DNA of 64,000 bases. Source: an uncultured Desulfobacter sp. (lineage in GTDB: Bacteria > Desulfobacterota > Desulfobacteria > Desulfobacterales > Desulfobacteraceae). This document shows positions 20,423 through 29,671 of the stretch, piece by piece. The DNA lies in assembly GCA_963665095.1 (NCBI GenBank), contig OY762069.1:2368001-2432000 (forward strand), in the 5' to 3' direction. Each line of letters starts with the position of its first letter. The stretch's first letter is position 1. Both the position numbers and the translations under genes were made by a program. The notes beneath the pieces were generated by a model that worked only from the letters and a program-made list of their open reading frames with translations, had not been told where the DNA came from and ran no database searches.

Positions 20423-21403
20423 TTAGTTAGAGCGTGCAAACCGGTCCCGGTAGGCCCTCGGAGAAAGCCCGGTATATTTTTTAAACAGCCGGCGAAATGA
20501 GTTGCTGTCCTCATATCCCACCTGCCAGGTAATGGTATCCACGCTTTCTCGTGTGGTTTCAAGCTGCTGCTTGGCAGCTTCAATGCGCACGCGCTGAAGA
20601 TATCCCAACGGGGAGTCGCCGGTGGCGGCACGGAATCTGCGTTTAAAATGCCGGGAACTGATGTTCAAATCTCCCGCAAGATTCTCCAGGGAGATGGTCC
20701 GGGTAAAATTTTTTTCCATAAACTGCTGGGCCTGTTTAATGGTATGGTCTGCATGGTTTTTGCGGTAATCAAACAGAATAAAGGGGGACTGGCTGGTGCG
20801 GTTGCTTTCAAGCAGCAGCGATTTGGCGCATTTCCGGCAAAGATTCGGGGTGGCGAACCGCTCCAGAATATAAAGGTAAAGATCCAGAAATGCCGTGGTG
20901 GCCCCGGAGCTGACCAGACCTGTATCCTCCACCAGCATCTGCTCGGGCCGAAGGGTCACCAGAGGATAGAGCTGTTTGAAATACCGGGCAAAGGACCAGT
21001 TGGTGGTGGCGGTTTTTCCATCTAAAAGACCTGTTTCCGCCAGAAGAAAGGTGCCTGTACACACGGTGCCGATGGGCACCTTTTTTTCATGATTGCCAAT
21101 AATCCAGTTTTTGACATCTGCGCAAAGCGTGCCGATAAAATCCATAGGTGGCAAAAACCCCGGCAATACGATAAAATCGGTTTCAGTGACGTCATCCAGT
21201 GCTTTATGGGGATCGATGAAGATACCGTTCCTGGCCCCAACTCTTCGGCCGTCCCTGGAGGCAATATCCCAGGAAAAAAGGCTTATGGTATCATCCTCTT
21301 GTTCAAGCTGATGCCACAAATTGGCAATGGCCAGGGAGTCAATGATCCCGGAGATACTGGACATGGTGCAGTTAGGATAGGCAAGCAGGGTAATATGGGC
21401 CAT
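20423..21403 (-). CDS. GlxA-family transcriptional regulator (DJ-1/PfpI + AraC HTH)
   Basis: VCTGTFLLAETGLLDGKTATTNW; C-terminal VGYEDSNSFRRLFKK. Start may lie slightly upstream. Confidence 0.9.
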   Translation of the reverse strand: MAHITLLAYPNCTMSSISGIIDSLAIANLWHQLEQEDDTISLFSWDIASRDGRRVGARNGIFIDPHKALDDVTETDFIVLPGFLPPMDFIGTLCADVKNWIIGNHEKKVPIGTVCTGTFLLAETGLLDGKTATTNWSFARYFKQLYPLVTLRPEQMLVEDTGLVSSGATTAFLDLYLYILERFATPNLCRKCAKSLLLESNRTSQSPFILFDYRKNHADHTIKQAQQFMEKNFTRTISLENLAGDLNISSRHFKRRFRAATGDSPLGYLQRVRIEAAKQQLETTRESVDTITWQVGYEDSNSFRRLFKKYTGLSPRAYRDRFARSN

Positions 21404-21535
21404 GACAGAGCATCCTTTTGTCAGTTTCAGCATGGTTTTAGTCATATATGCCTCTTTCCATTTCCCCTTGTCAACCGCTATGTTTGGCATACGCCGTAAC
21501 GGACCCATTTCATCACTACTTTTTGGAGGTAATTT

Positions 21536-22603
21536 ATGTCCGAAGACATTTATCGCAGACTGCAGAAGCAGCTGGACCAGTACTCAATGGGATTTCCCCC
21601 CACTGACTCAGGTATTGACATCAAAATTCTCAAGTATCTGTTTTCTGAATCTGATGCCCACCTTTTCAACGTGTTGACCCCCATGCTTGAAACTGCGGAT
21701 ACCGTGGCCCAGCGTACGGGCCAAGATACAAACGCCGTAGCAGTTCAGCTTGATGACATGGCGGAAAAAGGCCTGCTCTTCCGTCTTAAAAAAGGGGGCG
21801 TGTCCAAATACGGGGCCATTCCCTTTGTTCATGGCCTTTTTGAATTCCAGGTAAAAACCCTGGCCCCGGACTTTGCCGCCATGGCAAAGGAGTACTTTGA
21901 CGAGGCCTTTGATGCAGCCATGCAGAAAAGCGCCGACCTGTTCTTAAGAATCATTCCGGTAAACAAATCCGTTGAAGTGACCCACAATGTGGCAAGTTTT
22001 GAGGATGCCGTGGCCATACTGGAAAAACAGCCATCCATTGTGGTGACAGACTGCATCTGCCGCAAAACCGCCGACCTGGTGGAAGAGAGCTGCGGAAAGC
22101 CTCTGGAGGCCTGCTTCATGTTCGGTTCCATGGGCCAGTACTACCTGGACCGGGATATGGGGCGGAAAGTCACCTTTGATGAGGCGGTTAAAATTATGGA
22201 AGCATGCCGGGAGGCAGGCCTTGTCACCCAGCCGGCCACCTCCCAGAACCCTGCCGGCATGTGCAACTGCTGCGGCGACTGCTGCGGCGTTCTAAGGGCT
22301 TTAAACAAACACCCCCAACCCGCTGAAATTGTCTTTTCCAACTATTTTGCTGAAATTGACCCCGACCTTTGCACGGGATGTGAAACCTGTCTGGACCGCT
22401 GCCAGATGGAGGCCATCACCATTGATGATGACAGCCTGGCAGCACTCAACCGGGATCGCTGTATCGGTTGCGGCCTTTGCGTTCCCACCTGTCCGGTGGA
22501 GGCCATAACCCTTGTGCCCAAAACCGGCGAAGACTACCGGATGCCACCGGCCAATGCCATGGAGCAGATGATGGCCATGGCAAAAAAGAGAGGGGTCATC
22601 TGA
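21536..22603 (+). CDS. 4Fe-4S dicluster protein with N-terminal extension
   Basis: CICR, CNCCGDCC, CTGCETCLDRC and CIGCGLCVPTCP motifs. Confidence 0.88.
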   Translation: MSEDIYRRLQKQLDQYSMGFPPTDSGIDIKILKYLFSESDAHLFNVLTPMLETADTVAQRTGQDTNAVAVQLDDMAEKGLLFRLKKGGVSKYGAIPFVHGLFEFQVKTLAPDFAAMAKEYFDEAFDAAMQKSADLFLRIIPVNKSVEVTHNVASFEDAVAILEKQPSIVVTDCICRKTADLVEESCGKPLEACFMFGSMGQYYLDRDMGRKVTFDEAVKIMEACREAGLVTQPATSQNPAGMCNCCGDCCGVLRALNKHPQPAEIVFSNYFAEIDPDLCTGCETCLDRCQMEAITIDDDSLAALNRDRCIGCGLCVPTCPVEAITLVPKTGEDYRMPPANAMEQMMAMAKKRGVI

Positions 22604-23721
22604 TGGCGCTCACGAAAGCCCAGATCATTGACAAGGCCCACGAACTGGGCTTTGAAGATGTAGGATTCACCACAGCGGAACCCTTTGATACCCACAAAGA
22701 GTACCTGACAAAACGCCAGAAGGAGTATGGCTGGACCCAAGCGGCAGGCCTGCATCTCATGGCGGGTACAGATCCTTCCACCATTCTGGCAGGGGCTCAA
22801 ACCGTTATCGTCCTCATGGAGGTCTATTTCAGGCAATCTTACCCCAGACATATGGAGGGCCATTTCGGCCGGTGTTACCTGGATGACGACCGGGTCACCA
22901 AAGACGGACTTGCCCTTCGTATCAAGGCCTTCAGAAATTATTTGCGTGACAGCGGCATTGATTCCAAAGTGCCTTTCAACCTGCCCCACCGGGTGGCCGC
23001 GGCCCGGGCCGGCATGGGGACATTCGGTAAAAACTGCCTGTTCTACTCCAACCGGGTGGCACGCAACAGTTCCTGGGTATTGCCCATCGCTGTGGTCATT
23101 GATGCCGCATTTGAGCCGGGAACCCCCAGTGTTGAAATGGGGTGTCCCCAATGGTGCAGAAATGCCTGTATCGCGGCCTGCCCCACCCGGGCACTGCAGG
23201 GCAGCGGCACAATTAACCCTGAAAAATGCATCTCTTTTTTAACCTACTTTGGCCAGGGACTTACACCAAGAGAGCTGCGGGAACCCATGGGCATCTATAT
23301 TTACGGATGTGACCGCTGCCAGAACGTCTGCCCGCGAAACGCCGGGTGGCTGGCGGCTGATCTGCCGATGAACCAAGCCGTAGTGGCAAAAGCGCCGGAT
23401 TTTAACCTGCCGGACCTGCTCCACATGGACACGACCTATTTTAAAACAAAAATCTGGCCCCACATGTTTTACATGAACGCAGATGAAATCTGGCGATGGA
23501 AAATGAATACGGCCCGGGCCATGGGCAACACCAAAGACCAGGCGTATGTCCCGGAACTGATTCGATGCTTTAATGAAAACACGGACGAACGAGTGACGTC
23601 CATGTGTGCCTGGGGCCTGGGCCGATTGGGCGGTCCGGCTGCAAAGAAGGCTTTGACCACCTTTTTGAATGCAAGTCGCGGACTGGTCAAAGAAGAGGTG
23701 GAATATGCCCTGACGCTTTAA
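22603..23721 (+). CDS. Epoxyqueuosine reductase (QueG)-like Fe-S protein with HEAT-like C-terminus
   Basis: AAARAGMGTFGKN, CPQWCRNACIAACPT, GCDRCQNVCP. ATG at 22603 overlaps the upstream TGA (TGATG). Confidence 0.8.
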   Translation: MALTKAQIIDKAHELGFEDVGFTTAEPFDTHKEYLTKRQKEYGWTQAAGLHLMAGTDPSTILAGAQTVIVLMEVYFRQSYPRHMEGHFGRCYLDDDRVTKDGLALRIKAFRNYLRDSGIDSKVPFNLPHRVAAARAGMGTFGKNCLFYSNRVARNSSWVLPIAVVIDAAFEPGTPSVEMGCPQWCRNACIAACPTRALQGSGTINPEKCISFLTYFGQGLTPRELREPMGIYIYGCDRCQNVCPRNAGWLAADLPMNQAVVAKAPDFNLPDLLHMDTTYFKTKIWPHMFYMNADEIWRWKMNTARAMGNTKDQAYVPELIRCFNENTDERVTSMCAWGLGRLGGPAAKKALTTFLNASRGLVKEEVEYALTL

Positions 23722-23844
23722 AAATTGGAGACTCAAAAACAGCAGAATTTTACAGTAGGAACATTAATGTTGTCACTATATTATTTTATTTTCCGCATGG
23801 TCCAAACAAAATCGAGATCAAGCGGTTAAATTTAAAGGATGCAA

Positions 23845-24834
23845 TCAGGTCGAAGCTGTTCCGGCAATAACACTCTGAATTACGCCGGCAAGCTTCAAGG
23901 GATCATGGCGCACGATAGCGGCATTGGTGTCAAGCAGGTCTTCCAAAATGACGGTACGGTCTTTCCAGAAGGAATCTGCCTTATCCACATAAACAAAATC
24001 GGATTTTTGTTGCTTATACATATCCAAGACTTCCTGTTTCGGACATGTCAGATTCCCGATCACACCGTCCACTTCCCTGCCCAGCCGCTCTTCAAGCCCT
24101 GAGACAAATTCGCGGCCTGTGAAATGATGGGTTTCCCCGAATTTGGTCATAATATTGACAATGTAATATACCCGTCCCCTGGTCTGCTGGAGGGCTTCCT
24201 TTACACCGGAAACAAGCAAGTTGGGGATAATGCTGGTGAACAGATCACCAGGGCCGATAAAAATATAATCTGCATTTTGAATGGCCTGAAGCACCGGGGG
24301 ATAGACAGAGATGGTGTCATGATGATGGGGCACCAGGAAGACATCCTTGATCCTCTCCCTTTGTGTCCCTCTGGGAATGTCGATGGCTTCCTCGCCGTAA
24401 ATCCGGCTGCCGTCGGTCAGTTCGGCCACCAGAGTGGCCCGGTCAATGGTAACGGGAAGAATGGTCCCTTCAGCGTCAAGAATTTCCGCCAAGGCTGCCA
24501 CTCCGGCCGGGAAATTACCCGTATACCGTGACAGCATTGTTAAAAGCATGTTGCCTGCCGTATGGCCTGCCAGCCGCCGGTCTTTTTTAAATCGTTTTAA
24601 AAGAATCGCCCGGCTGGTCTCCTGATAGGGGGAGAGAGCCAGGATGCACTTTAGAATATCCCCGGGTGGAAGAATACCCAGTTCATCCCTGAGACGTCCG
24701 GTACTTCCCCCTGAATCCACCATGGAGACGATGGCAGTAGTGTGACTGTATTTTAAATCCCTCAGGCCTGACAGCAGCACAAACTGACCCGAGCCGCCGC
24801 CGATGGTGACAATTTGTTTTTTATATTCATCCAT
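23845..24834 (-). CDS. YvcK/CofD-like gluconeogenesis factor family protein
   Basis: IGGGSG, DSGGSTGRLR, GPGDLFTSI and RHDP motifs. Confidence 0.9.
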   Translation of the reverse strand: MDEYKKQIVTIGGGSGQFVLLSGLRDLKYSHTTAIVSMVDSGGSTGRLRDELGILPPGDILKCILALSPYQETSRAILLKRFKKDRRLAGHTAGNMLLTMLSRYTGNFPAGVAALAEILDAEGTILPVTIDRATLVAELTDGSRIYGEEAIDIPRGTQRERIKDVFLVPHHHDTISVYPPVLQAIQNADYIFIGPGDLFTSIIPNLLVSGVKEALQQTRGRVYYIVNIMTKFGETHHFTGREFVSGLEERLGREVDGVIGNLTCPKQEVLDMYKQQKSDFVYVDKADSFWKDRTVILEDLLDTNAAIVRHDPLKLAGVIQSVIAGTAST

Positions 24835-25141
24835 GAAAATTCCTGTTCTGCCGAAGGTCGATTCCTGTTTTGCCGAAATTCGATTGATGAATATGCCTAT
24901 ATCAGATCACCGCCCAAATGTAACTTAAAAAAAGCCGTCTTCCAAAGAAAGTTAGTTCGCGAAATATGGGAATGCCCATGAATATGCCAAAGAACCGGGT
25001 ATTGCGGTTTATATTTATCCTCTCTTCCACTGTTTTTGCCATGAATTTACGGGCCAGATAATACAAAAACCCTGTTGAATCAGGGGAAAGGATGTATAAG
25101 GTATAAAAACCACATCAAAGACAGAAAGGTAAAAATAACAG

Positions 25142-25609
25142 ATGACGCCTGCCATCAACACGTCCCGGAAAGCAAAAATTGCTTTTAAAACACATGAATA
25201 TGATCATGACCCAAGATCCCCGTCCTATGGGGAGGAGGCCGCAGAAAAACTGGGGATCAGCCCGGACCGGGTATTTAAAACCCTGGTGGTGTCCATGGAC
25301 AATTACTCTCTTGGCGTTGCCGTACTGCCCGTGTCATTTCAGCTGAATTTAAAATTGTGTGCCAAAGCTTTAGGGGTAAAAAAAGCGGCCATGGCCGATA
25401 AAAAACTGGTTGAAAGAATCACGGGCTATGTCCTGGGCGGTGTCAGTCCTTTAGGGCAGAAGAAAAAACTTGAAACAGTGGTTCATGAATCTGCAAAAAA
25501 CTATGATACCATATTTGTCAGTGCCGGAAAGCGGGGCCTTGACATTGAATTGTCTCCAAATGACCTGATAAAACTGACCCGGGGCCAATATGGTCAAATT
25601 TGTGAATAA
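25142..25609 (+). CDS. ybaK: Cys-tRNA(Pro) deacylase YbaK
   Basis: MTPAI, VFKTLV, TGYVLGGVSPLGQKK and SAGKRG motifs. Confidence 0.93.
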   Translation: MTPAINTSRKAKIAFKTHEYDHDPRSPSYGEEAAEKLGISPDRVFKTLVVSMDNYSLGVAVLPVSFQLNLKLCAKALGVKKAAMADKKLVERITGYVLGGVSPLGQKKKLETVVHESAKNYDTIFVSAGKRGLDIELSPNDLIKLTRGQYGQICE

Positions 25610-25622
25610 CAGCCCTGTAAGC

Positions 25623-25646
25623 TATATAGTGCCTCAACGAAACCCC
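25623..25646 (+). repeat. Isolated end of the MITE-like element family seen at 37241
   Basis: TATATAGTGCCTCAACGAAACCCC here vs TATATAGTGCCTGAACGAAAACCCC at 37241-37265. Confidence 0.6.
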
Positions 25647-25690
25647 CCGGTTTTTAATGACCAACCCTTCTGCCGGAACATTGCATTGAT

Positions 25691-26092
25691 ATGAAAAAAA
25701 CAGACATTAAAAAAACAACGGACCTGGTGTTATGGTTCTTATTCTGCTTTATTCTGGGAACCGGACTGATGATTCATTACCGGTTGGTACCCGGAGTTCA
25801 GGGCGGTTCCGGCCTGACACTCCTGGGCATGGGCCGCCACGGGTGGGGCACACTTCACTTCTGGACGTCCTGTCTGTTCATTGTCGTCTTAAGCGGGCAT
25901 CTCTATCTAAATATGAATGTGGTCAAAGCCCTCATTGCAGACGGATCAAACCGGAAAGCGGCCGTCCTTTTCGGTATTGGGATACTGATCGTGATTTTTT
26001 TTCTTGTGTTTCCCGTGTTTCAGGGACAAGGGGGATATGGGAAGAACGGGATCTATCACCGTGGACAGCAGTCAGGGCACTTATTCAGATAG
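25691..26092 (+). CDS. DUF4405-like small membrane protein
   Basis: Three TM segments; RHGWGTLHFW...GHLYLN His pattern. Confidence 0.75.
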   Translation: MKKTDIKKTTDLVLWFLFCFILGTGLMIHYRLVPGVQGGSGLTLLGMGRHGWGTLHFWTSCLFIVVLSGHLYLNMNVVKALIADGSNRKAAVLFGIGILIVIFFLVFPVFQGQGGYGKNGIYHRGQQSGHLFR

Positions 26093-26175
26093 CGCTAAAC
26101 CCGCCGGACAGTAACACCAAAACATCTTTTTGTTGACAAAAAAGATCGTATTTCATAAGGACTTTTCGAACAGAT

Positions 26176-26211
26176 AAGAATCTGTTTTTTTTTGTAATAA
26201 AACAGATTCTT
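26176..26211. promoter_or_regulatory. 13-bp perfect inverted repeat upstream of the GGDEF gene (operator or terminator)
   Basis: AAGAATCTGTTTT-N10-AAAACAGATTCTT. Confidence 0.5.
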
Positions 26212-26286
26212 TTGTACTGCAAGTGGCAATTGCAGCCACCAAATGTAAACAGTACGTCAGGATGCCGGAGCTGATATTATACTGAT

Positions 26287-27390
26287 TTGAAAAATTCACC
26301 TGTTGTTAGCAAAACTGATACCCACTGGAACAAAAAACACTCCCTGGACTTCCTTTATGGGAATGCCCTGCCTTCGTTATCCGGCAGTTTTGCCGTAAAT
26401 TTTATTACTGCCGTTGCCCTGTTTCCCAAAATTTCTCTATCCCCGTTACTTTCATGGTTTTTTGGTGCCTGTCTGATTTCTGCTGGCCGGTTGTTATTGT
26501 GGAAAGGATATCAAAGCAGGAACCAGACACGATCTCCATGGTTCTGGTTAAACAGCTACCGGTTCATGAGCTTTGCCGCCGGGACATTAAACGGCCTGGC
26601 CATGTGGCTGTTCTTTGATTATATTTCAGTTCAATACCAGCTTTTGATATTCTTCTCCATTGTGGGGCTTACCGCTGCGGCCTCCGGTACCCATGGTGCA
26701 GACATGCCGACATTCAGGCTGTTCATGTATCCCTCATGCCTGTTGGCCGTGGCAAAACTTTTATCCAGTGGAGAAAGTTCCTATATGGCGCTCTCCATCA
26801 TGTTTATTTTCTATATTCTGGTAATGGGCCGGGTTGGACGTCAGACCTATACAACGCTTCAGCAGAACTTTCAGCTTACCCACGCCATGCATTACAGAGC
26901 TACCCATGATCCCCTTGTGGGCCTGCTCAATCGGGAGGAATTTCAAAACCAGTTCGAAATTCGCCTGCCGTTAACGTCCCAGAGCGTGGCCATGATGTTT
27001 CTTGATCTGGATAACTTTAAGCCCCTGAACGATACCTTAGGCCATCAGGCCGGTGACAGGGCATTAAAACAGGTCGCAGATATCCTGCAAAACGCTTTCA
27101 GAAAAGGTGATATCATTGCCCGTTTAGGCGGGGATGAATTTGTGGTCCTTCTCTTCCTTGAGGATATTAAACAGGCCGAAAAAATTGCCCGAAGAATTCT
27201 GGATGACATCAAAGCACTCTCCTTTCCCGGTCAGCACAACTATAACGGTTTAACCGCCAGTATCGGCATTGCCTTCAGCCATGACAACAACGTGATGTTT
27301 GCACAGCTGATGCGGATAGCCGATTCCGCATGTTACAAGAGCAAAGCAAAGGGAAGAAATCAGATATCCATCTCCTGCATGGAAAGTTGA
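26287..27390 (+). CDS. Membrane-bound diguanylate cyclase
   Basis: N-terminal TM helices; DLDNFKPLND and RLGGDEF motifs; TTG start. Confidence 0.92.
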   Translation: MKNSPVVSKTDTHWNKKHSLDFLYGNALPSLSGSFAVNFITAVALFPKISLSPLLSWFFGACLISAGRLLLWKGYQSRNQTRSPWFWLNSYRFMSFAAGTLNGLAMWLFFDYISVQYQLLIFFSIVGLTAAASGTHGADMPTFRLFMYPSCLLAVAKLLSSGESSYMALSIMFIFYILVMGRVGRQTYTTLQQNFQLTHAMHYRATHDPLVGLLNREEFQNQFEIRLPLTSQSVAMMFLDLDNFKPLNDTLGHQAGDRALKQVADILQNAFRKGDIIARLGGDEFVVLLFLEDIKQAEKIARRILDDIKALSFPGQHNYNGLTASIGIAFSHDNNVMFAQLMRIADSACYKSKAKGRNQISISCMES

Positions 27391-27583
27391 TTGACAGGGG
27401 GTGTAATCCTTTCTTAACAGAATGCAAACTTCTTTTTTTCAGCTTTAAAAAAACATATTAATTCGACTTGTTAAGGCTGTTCTAAGACTGGGCTGCCCTA
27501 AGAGTTCCCTGTCAGAACCATAGACGAACGGGTAAATATGGTATATTTTTTGCTGTTCCTATAGCAGAAAGGAGAGACCCAAA

Positions 27584-29071
27584 ATGAACCAGCAAAATAC
27601 CTGTGACGCCATACTTGTCCTGCCTCCGGCCGTAGATCGCGTGGCCCGCATCTATCCGGCCCCCCATTTTTTATCCTGTTTTCTCAATGCCACAGGATTT
27701 GCAACAAAAACCGCAGACCTGAACATGGCTGTCCTTATGGCCCTGGCAAAACTGGAACCCGGGAAACAACAGGACTACGCCATTCAACAGCCCCGGGATC
27801 TGATAAACATGGAATTGTCAGGCATCCGGTTTACCCATGTGTTCAGGGATGCATATATGAATATGTTCGGGGCTCTTTACCAGACTGAGGATCTGTCCCT
27901 GGACAATATTCTGGCGCTGGCCAATGACAGGGAGATGAAGATGATGGCTGATTTAATTCAGCCTGATCTTATCCAGGAAATCGTTTCCGCCCGACCCTTC
28001 ATTGTGGGATTTTCCATTCCATTTGCCCAGCAGCTGATCCCTTCAGTAGCCCTGGCCCAGCGACTAAAGGAGCTCATGGACAGGGTGGAAATATGGTTTG
28101 GTGGTCCCATTGTCACCCTGCTGCCCAAATCACTGCGTGATGCAATGCCCGGCCGGCTTCCAGTGGATGCGCTTATTCAATATGAAGGGGAGTACCCCCT
28201 TGCAACCCGTCTTGCAACCATCAAGGCCGGCGGCGTACCAGGTGCCGCCCCCCCCAGGCTGTCCCCCCGGCAGTTGTTCGACTTCAACCGGTTCGAGCCG
28301 GCAGCCCTGACCCATATACCCAAAACAGCCAGCATCCCGGTTCGTCACTCCTCCGGCTGTTACTGGCAGAAGTGTACCTTCTGCGATTATATCAACCTGC
28401 ACCGGGACAAAGTCTACCGGCCCAGAACAGTGGACCGGATCATGGCGGACATCCGGAACTATCTGCAAATGGGATTTCACAACTTCAGGATGCTGTGTGA
28501 GGCCATTCCTCCAGCCCATGCCATGGCCATTGCCAAGGCAATCCTTAAAGAAGCCCCGGGCATCAAATGGCATTCATTCATCAGGGTGGATAAGGGGTTT
28601 ACCCCGGAAATATTCAAGACCCTTAAACAAAGCGGTTTTACCTGCACCGTGGGCATGGAGTCTGCCAGTGATAAAATTCTGGGTGTATTGAACAAGGGAT
28701 ACAATCAGGCCGTCCTGTCCACCTTTATGGATAACATGGCAACAGCGGACTTCGGGGGTAACCACCTGAACATCATGGTCGGCAATCCTGGAGAAACGTA
28801 TGAGGACGCCCGGCATACCCTTGAATTCTGCGCACGGTATAAAAAACTGATCAAGTGGTTCAAACCCTCAAGGTTCACCCTGACTGCGACCTCTTACATG
28901 AGCCAGCACCCCGAACAGTTCGGCATACAAATACACAAAACCCACGGGCACCATGGGACGGATCGGTCCGGGGGACGGCTGACATCCCTTGCATTTGATG
29001 ACCCCAACGGCATGAACAACACTGAGATCAAGGCAATTCTCAAGGGCTATGAATCATTGAACCACCTGTAA
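27584..29071 (+). CDS. Radical SAM protein with B12-binding-like N-terminal domain
   Basis: CYWQKCTFC motif, VGFSIPFAQQL/FGGP segment, GMES; AGGAGA RBS. Confidence 0.85.
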   Translation: MNQQNTCDAILVLPPAVDRVARIYPAPHFLSCFLNATGFATKTADLNMAVLMALAKLEPGKQQDYAIQQPRDLINMELSGIRFTHVFRDAYMNMFGALYQTEDLSLDNILALANDREMKMMADLIQPDLIQEIVSARPFIVGFSIPFAQQLIPSVALAQRLKELMDRVEIWFGGPIVTLLPKSLRDAMPGRLPVDALIQYEGEYPLATRLATIKAGGVPGAAPPRLSPRQLFDFNRFEPAALTHIPKTASIPVRHSSGCYWQKCTFCDYINLHRDKVYRPRTVDRIMADIRNYLQMGFHNFRMLCEAIPPAHAMAIAKAILKEAPGIKWHSFIRVDKGFTPEIFKTLKQSGFTCTVGMESASDKILGVLNKGYNQAVLSTFMDNMATADFGGNHLNIMVGNPGETYEDARHTLEFCARYKKLIKWFKPSRFTLTATSYMSQHPEQFGIQIHKTHGHHGTDRSGGRLTSLAFDDPNGMNNTEIKAILKGYESLNHL

Positions 29072-29270
29072 CCGGCAGAAACTGGATCAGGGATGGCGGT
29101 ACATTAAAATAAAACATCGGGGCAGTTTTTTTTCAAACCTCTTTAATTCTATTATGAATTCCGGTAATACTAAAAAGTTAATTGTTTTCGGGCACGCTTC
29201 ACTGCTTCGCCGTTACGCGGCTGAACTGCTTTGGCGGCCCTTAACCTGCAATAATGAAAGGCGTTAGATC

Positions 29271-29591
29271 ATGTGCAATCATTGTAGTGACCACAGTCAC
29301 GATCACGATCACCATCACCACCATGACCATCCGGAAATTGTTCAACTGATGCCGGTCCAAAACAGCCTGTTTGCTGTTTACCAGACCGAATCCCCCCTGG
29401 AATTCAGCGTTGAAACAGGCAAAAACGGGATCAGCCTTGTTCCGGTGCTCTTCATGGGCTTAATCCGCCATGGGGGAAAAACCATGGTGGAAGGTTTTTT
29501 TGCCTCCAGTGCCATCAACTCCTGCGAGGATACCCACGGGTTCAAGGGGTATGCCTCTTCCCTGGCACATGCTGAAAAACTGTATGCCTGA
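29271..29591 (+). CDS. Small His-rich hypothetical protein (putative metal binding)
   Basis: N-terminus MCNHCSDHSHDHDHHHHHDH. Confidence 0.75.
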   Translation: MCNHCSDHSHDHDHHHHHDHPEIVQLMPVQNSLFAVYQTESPLEFSVETGKNGISLVPVLFMGLIRHGGKTMVEGFFASSAINSCEDTHGFKGYASSLAHAEKLYA

Positions 29592-29624
29592 ATAGCCCCT
29601 TTTTTGTAACCACTATCGAATAAC

Positions 29625-29659
29625 CTGACGAAGAGAGGCTCTTCGTCAGCGTTTTTTTT
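29625..29659 (+). terminator. Rho-independent terminator immediately upstream of the iorA RBS
   Basis: 11-bp stem CTGACGAAGAG/CTCTTCGTCAG, loop AGG, followed by CG and T8. Confidence 0.75.
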
Positions 29660-29671
29660 GCTTAAGGAGTC

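Noticed and set aside
27391..27583. Possible RiPP precursor or riboswitch upstream of the radical SAM
   Set aside because: No small ORF with an RBS and no cobalamin, SAM or c-di-GMP riboswitch consensus recognised.
29185..29245. GC-rich foldable leader before the His-rich gene
   Set aside because: Only short stems and no family I can recognise; needs an Rfam or covariation test.
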